A stretch of DNA of 64,000 nt from NCBI GenBank assembly GCA_024704765.1, contig JAKMXF010000343.1, positions 1,079,349-1,143,348 on the forward strand, given 5' to 3'. Origin of the DNA: Oopsacas minuta. Its lineage: Eukaryota; Animalia; Porifera. Shown piece after piece: positions 61,972 to 64,000 of the stretch. The position numbers and the translations under genes were made by a program. The stretch's first letter is position 1. Each line of letters starts with the position of its first letter. The notes under the pieces were generated by a model. That model did not search any database. It had not been told where the DNA came from and saw only the letters and a program-made list of their open reading frames with translations.

Positions 61972-64000
61972 TATTGCAGTTGTTCATTTTTTGATCACTG
62001 AATTAGATTAATTTAGGTGTGTTGATTCTGAATATCTATTCAGGTTTTCTTATCAGGTCAGGTTTTTTCATAACCATAAGCTACATTTTCAGAAAAATTT
62101 CGATTTTTGCCAAAGATTCATCATGATTACATATTACAACAATAACGTTGTGTACATAGTATATAAATTCAAATAGTCTTATTTGCTCATTGGTTTTTAA
62201 CTAGTCTGTTATTCTTCTTTGTTGATATGTCGAAAAAAAGTGTTTCAATTCTCCAGACATTTTTTGTTATATTTGTGGTTTCTATACTCCGAAACCTCAG
62301 ATGCAGAATGTTACTGAATTTGTGAATGGAGCTTACCATGCGTATTTCAAAGTTAAGCTAGGCGACCAGGACAAAAGTTGGGCACCTCATAAGGTCTGTA
62401 AATCATGTGTAGAATTATTGAGGTCTTGGAGCAAGGGTAAAGAGAAACACCTCCCTTTCGGAATTCCTATGATTTGGAGAGAATCAAAAAATCATTTCGA
62501 TGATTGTTATTTCTGCATGGTAAATGTTATGGGTTGCAAAAAGAGTGACAGACACTTGCTGAATTACCCAAATTTAGAATCTGCTCTTCGACCAGTCCCT
62601 CATTGTAGTGATCTACCTGTACCAATATTCACAGAGTTTCTCGGACTCTATGATGATGAAGATGGTGCCAATCCGGAAGAAGTCAATGATCACGACTGTG
62701 AATATGATGTTGATTTTCAAGGTCATTCCTCGGAGCCTTCTCTCTTTAGCCAAGCGGAATTGAATTATTTAATTCGTGACCTTAACCTCTCGAAAGAATC
62801 TTCTGAGTTGCTTGCATCTAGATTGAAATAAAGGAATCTACTCCATCAAGGAACAAAGGTAACATTATATCGTTACAGGGAGCAGAGTTTCCAACAGAAT
62901 TCTGCGAAAAGAATGGTTTGGGGTTTGTCCAAATGTTGAGGGTCTTCTACTGGCAATGGGAGTTCCGAACTATAATCCAAGTGACTGGAGGCTGTTTATT
63001 GACAACTTCAAAAGGAGTCTGAAATGTGTACTACTCCATAATAGAAATATATTCGGTTCAATTCCTATAGGATATTCAGTTAACTCAAAGAGGAGTACAA
63101 TAATGTGAAAGAGATATTAGAGATTATTAGCTACTCTGCACATGATTGGGTCATCTGTGTTGATCTCAAAATGGTCAACTTTCTATTAGGACAACAATCT
63201 AGGTTCACTAAGTACCCCTATTTTCTTTGTTACTGGGACAGTAGAGATAGGAACCAGCATTGGATAAGGGAAAAGTGGCCTCCGAGAGAATGTTTGAAAG
63301 TTGGGGACAAAAATGTAATTAATAACCCCCTGGTACACACAAATAGAATAATTCTATCTTCTCTCCACATTAAGCTTGGTTTAATGAAGCAATTCATCAA
63401 AGTACTGGATAGAGACAGATATTGTTTCAAGTATATCCGGAATTATTTTCCAGAAATCACTGAAGAGAAGAAAAAGGCAGGGGTATTTGAAGGTCCACAG
63501 ATTCGCAAGTTACTTAGGAACAACAGCTTCAAAGATTCAATGAACGAGGAGGAAAAGAGAGCGTGGCAGGCTTTCTCTAATGTCGTTTCTAATTTCCTTG
63601 GTAATAAAAAGGCATCCAACTACAAAGAACTAGTCACAGAGTTAATCGACAGCTATCATGCTCTTGGCTGTAATATGAGTATTAAAATTCATTATTTGAG
63701 AGACCATCTTGATAGATTTCCGGATAATCTAGGTAATATGAGTGAAGAATAAGGTGAACGATTCCATCAAGACATAAAAGTGATGGAACAGCGATATCAA
63801 GGAAGATGGGACACACATATGATGGCAGATTACTGTTGGTGCCTAAAAAGAGATTGTCCTAACGAACAACATTCAAGAAAGTCAAACAAGAGAAAATTTT
63901 TAGATTGAATAGTGCTCATATTACATGTTTATAGTATCACTTTCTTCCATTCATATTAGTAACAATTATATCATTATTCTTAGTGAATGAAATATTGATA
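61972..64000 (+). mobile_element. Second Chapaev3 transposon (pseudogenised transposase 62227-63908), runs off the window end
   Basis: Motifs: SPDIFCYICG, GDQDKSWAPHKVCKSC, FGIPMIWRESKNHFDDCYFC, WRLFID, CVDLKMVNFLLGQQ, LHIKLGLMKQF, SIKIHYLRDHLD, GERFHQDIK, MMADYCW. Stops at 62829 and 63750 plus frameshifts. The left boundary (TTA|TATTGC..) is tentative. Confidence 0.85.

Noticed and set aside
5395-63430. Numerous 60-110 aa ORFs antisense or out of frame to transposase genes and DIP2 exons (e.g. 5395-5676, 15474-15692, 38011-38277, 42285-43465, 54296-55092, 63230-63430)
   Set aside because: They are shadow ORFs of real coding sequence with no independent motifs.
39772-64000. Further upstream DIP2 exons (expected CPCASSPEALTVAIRRP-like sequence)
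   Set aside because: Inter-transposon gaps were read on the minus strand (39.8-41.0, 44.2-45.2, 52.0-53.9, 55.3-57.4 and 58.9-62.0 kb) and no DIP2-like peptide was found. A very short exon could have been missed by eye.

Overview
AT-rich animal (eukaryotic, GT-AG spliced) genomic DNA. One host gene is supported: the 3' half of a DIP2 (disco-interacting protein 2, tandem fatty-acyl-AMP-ligase-like domains) gene on the minus strand. It has three exons (39771-39357, 23292-22773, 16396-14711) that splice in frame to about 873 residues ending LDPIYIAYNL*. Its introns are 6.4 kb, 16.1 kb and at least 24 kb; no further upstream exon was found by eye, so the 5' half probably lies beyond the window. 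Most of what else could be identified is cut-and-paste DNA transposons, often nested: hAT (Buster/Charlie-type and MITEs), PIF/Harbinger, Tc1/mariner (DD34D, DD37D, DD37E), pogo/Tigger and four CMC-group elements (two Chapaev, two Chapaev3). No retroelement, RNA gene or CRISPR array was recognised. Three items stand out. (1) A complete Chapaev element with about 130-165 bp TIRs and an uninterrupted 664-aa transposase carrying the RAG1-N-terminus-like Chapa motif. (2) A 4.9-kb foldback/MULE-like element with 958-bp near-identical inverted arms, a 9-bp (or 7-bp) target duplication and unexplained coding-like cargo, ending about 140 nt from a DIP2 splice acceptor. (3) An intact DD37E Tc1-like element. 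All coordinates and translations were read by eye; no database searches were run, and family names rest on recalled motifs.
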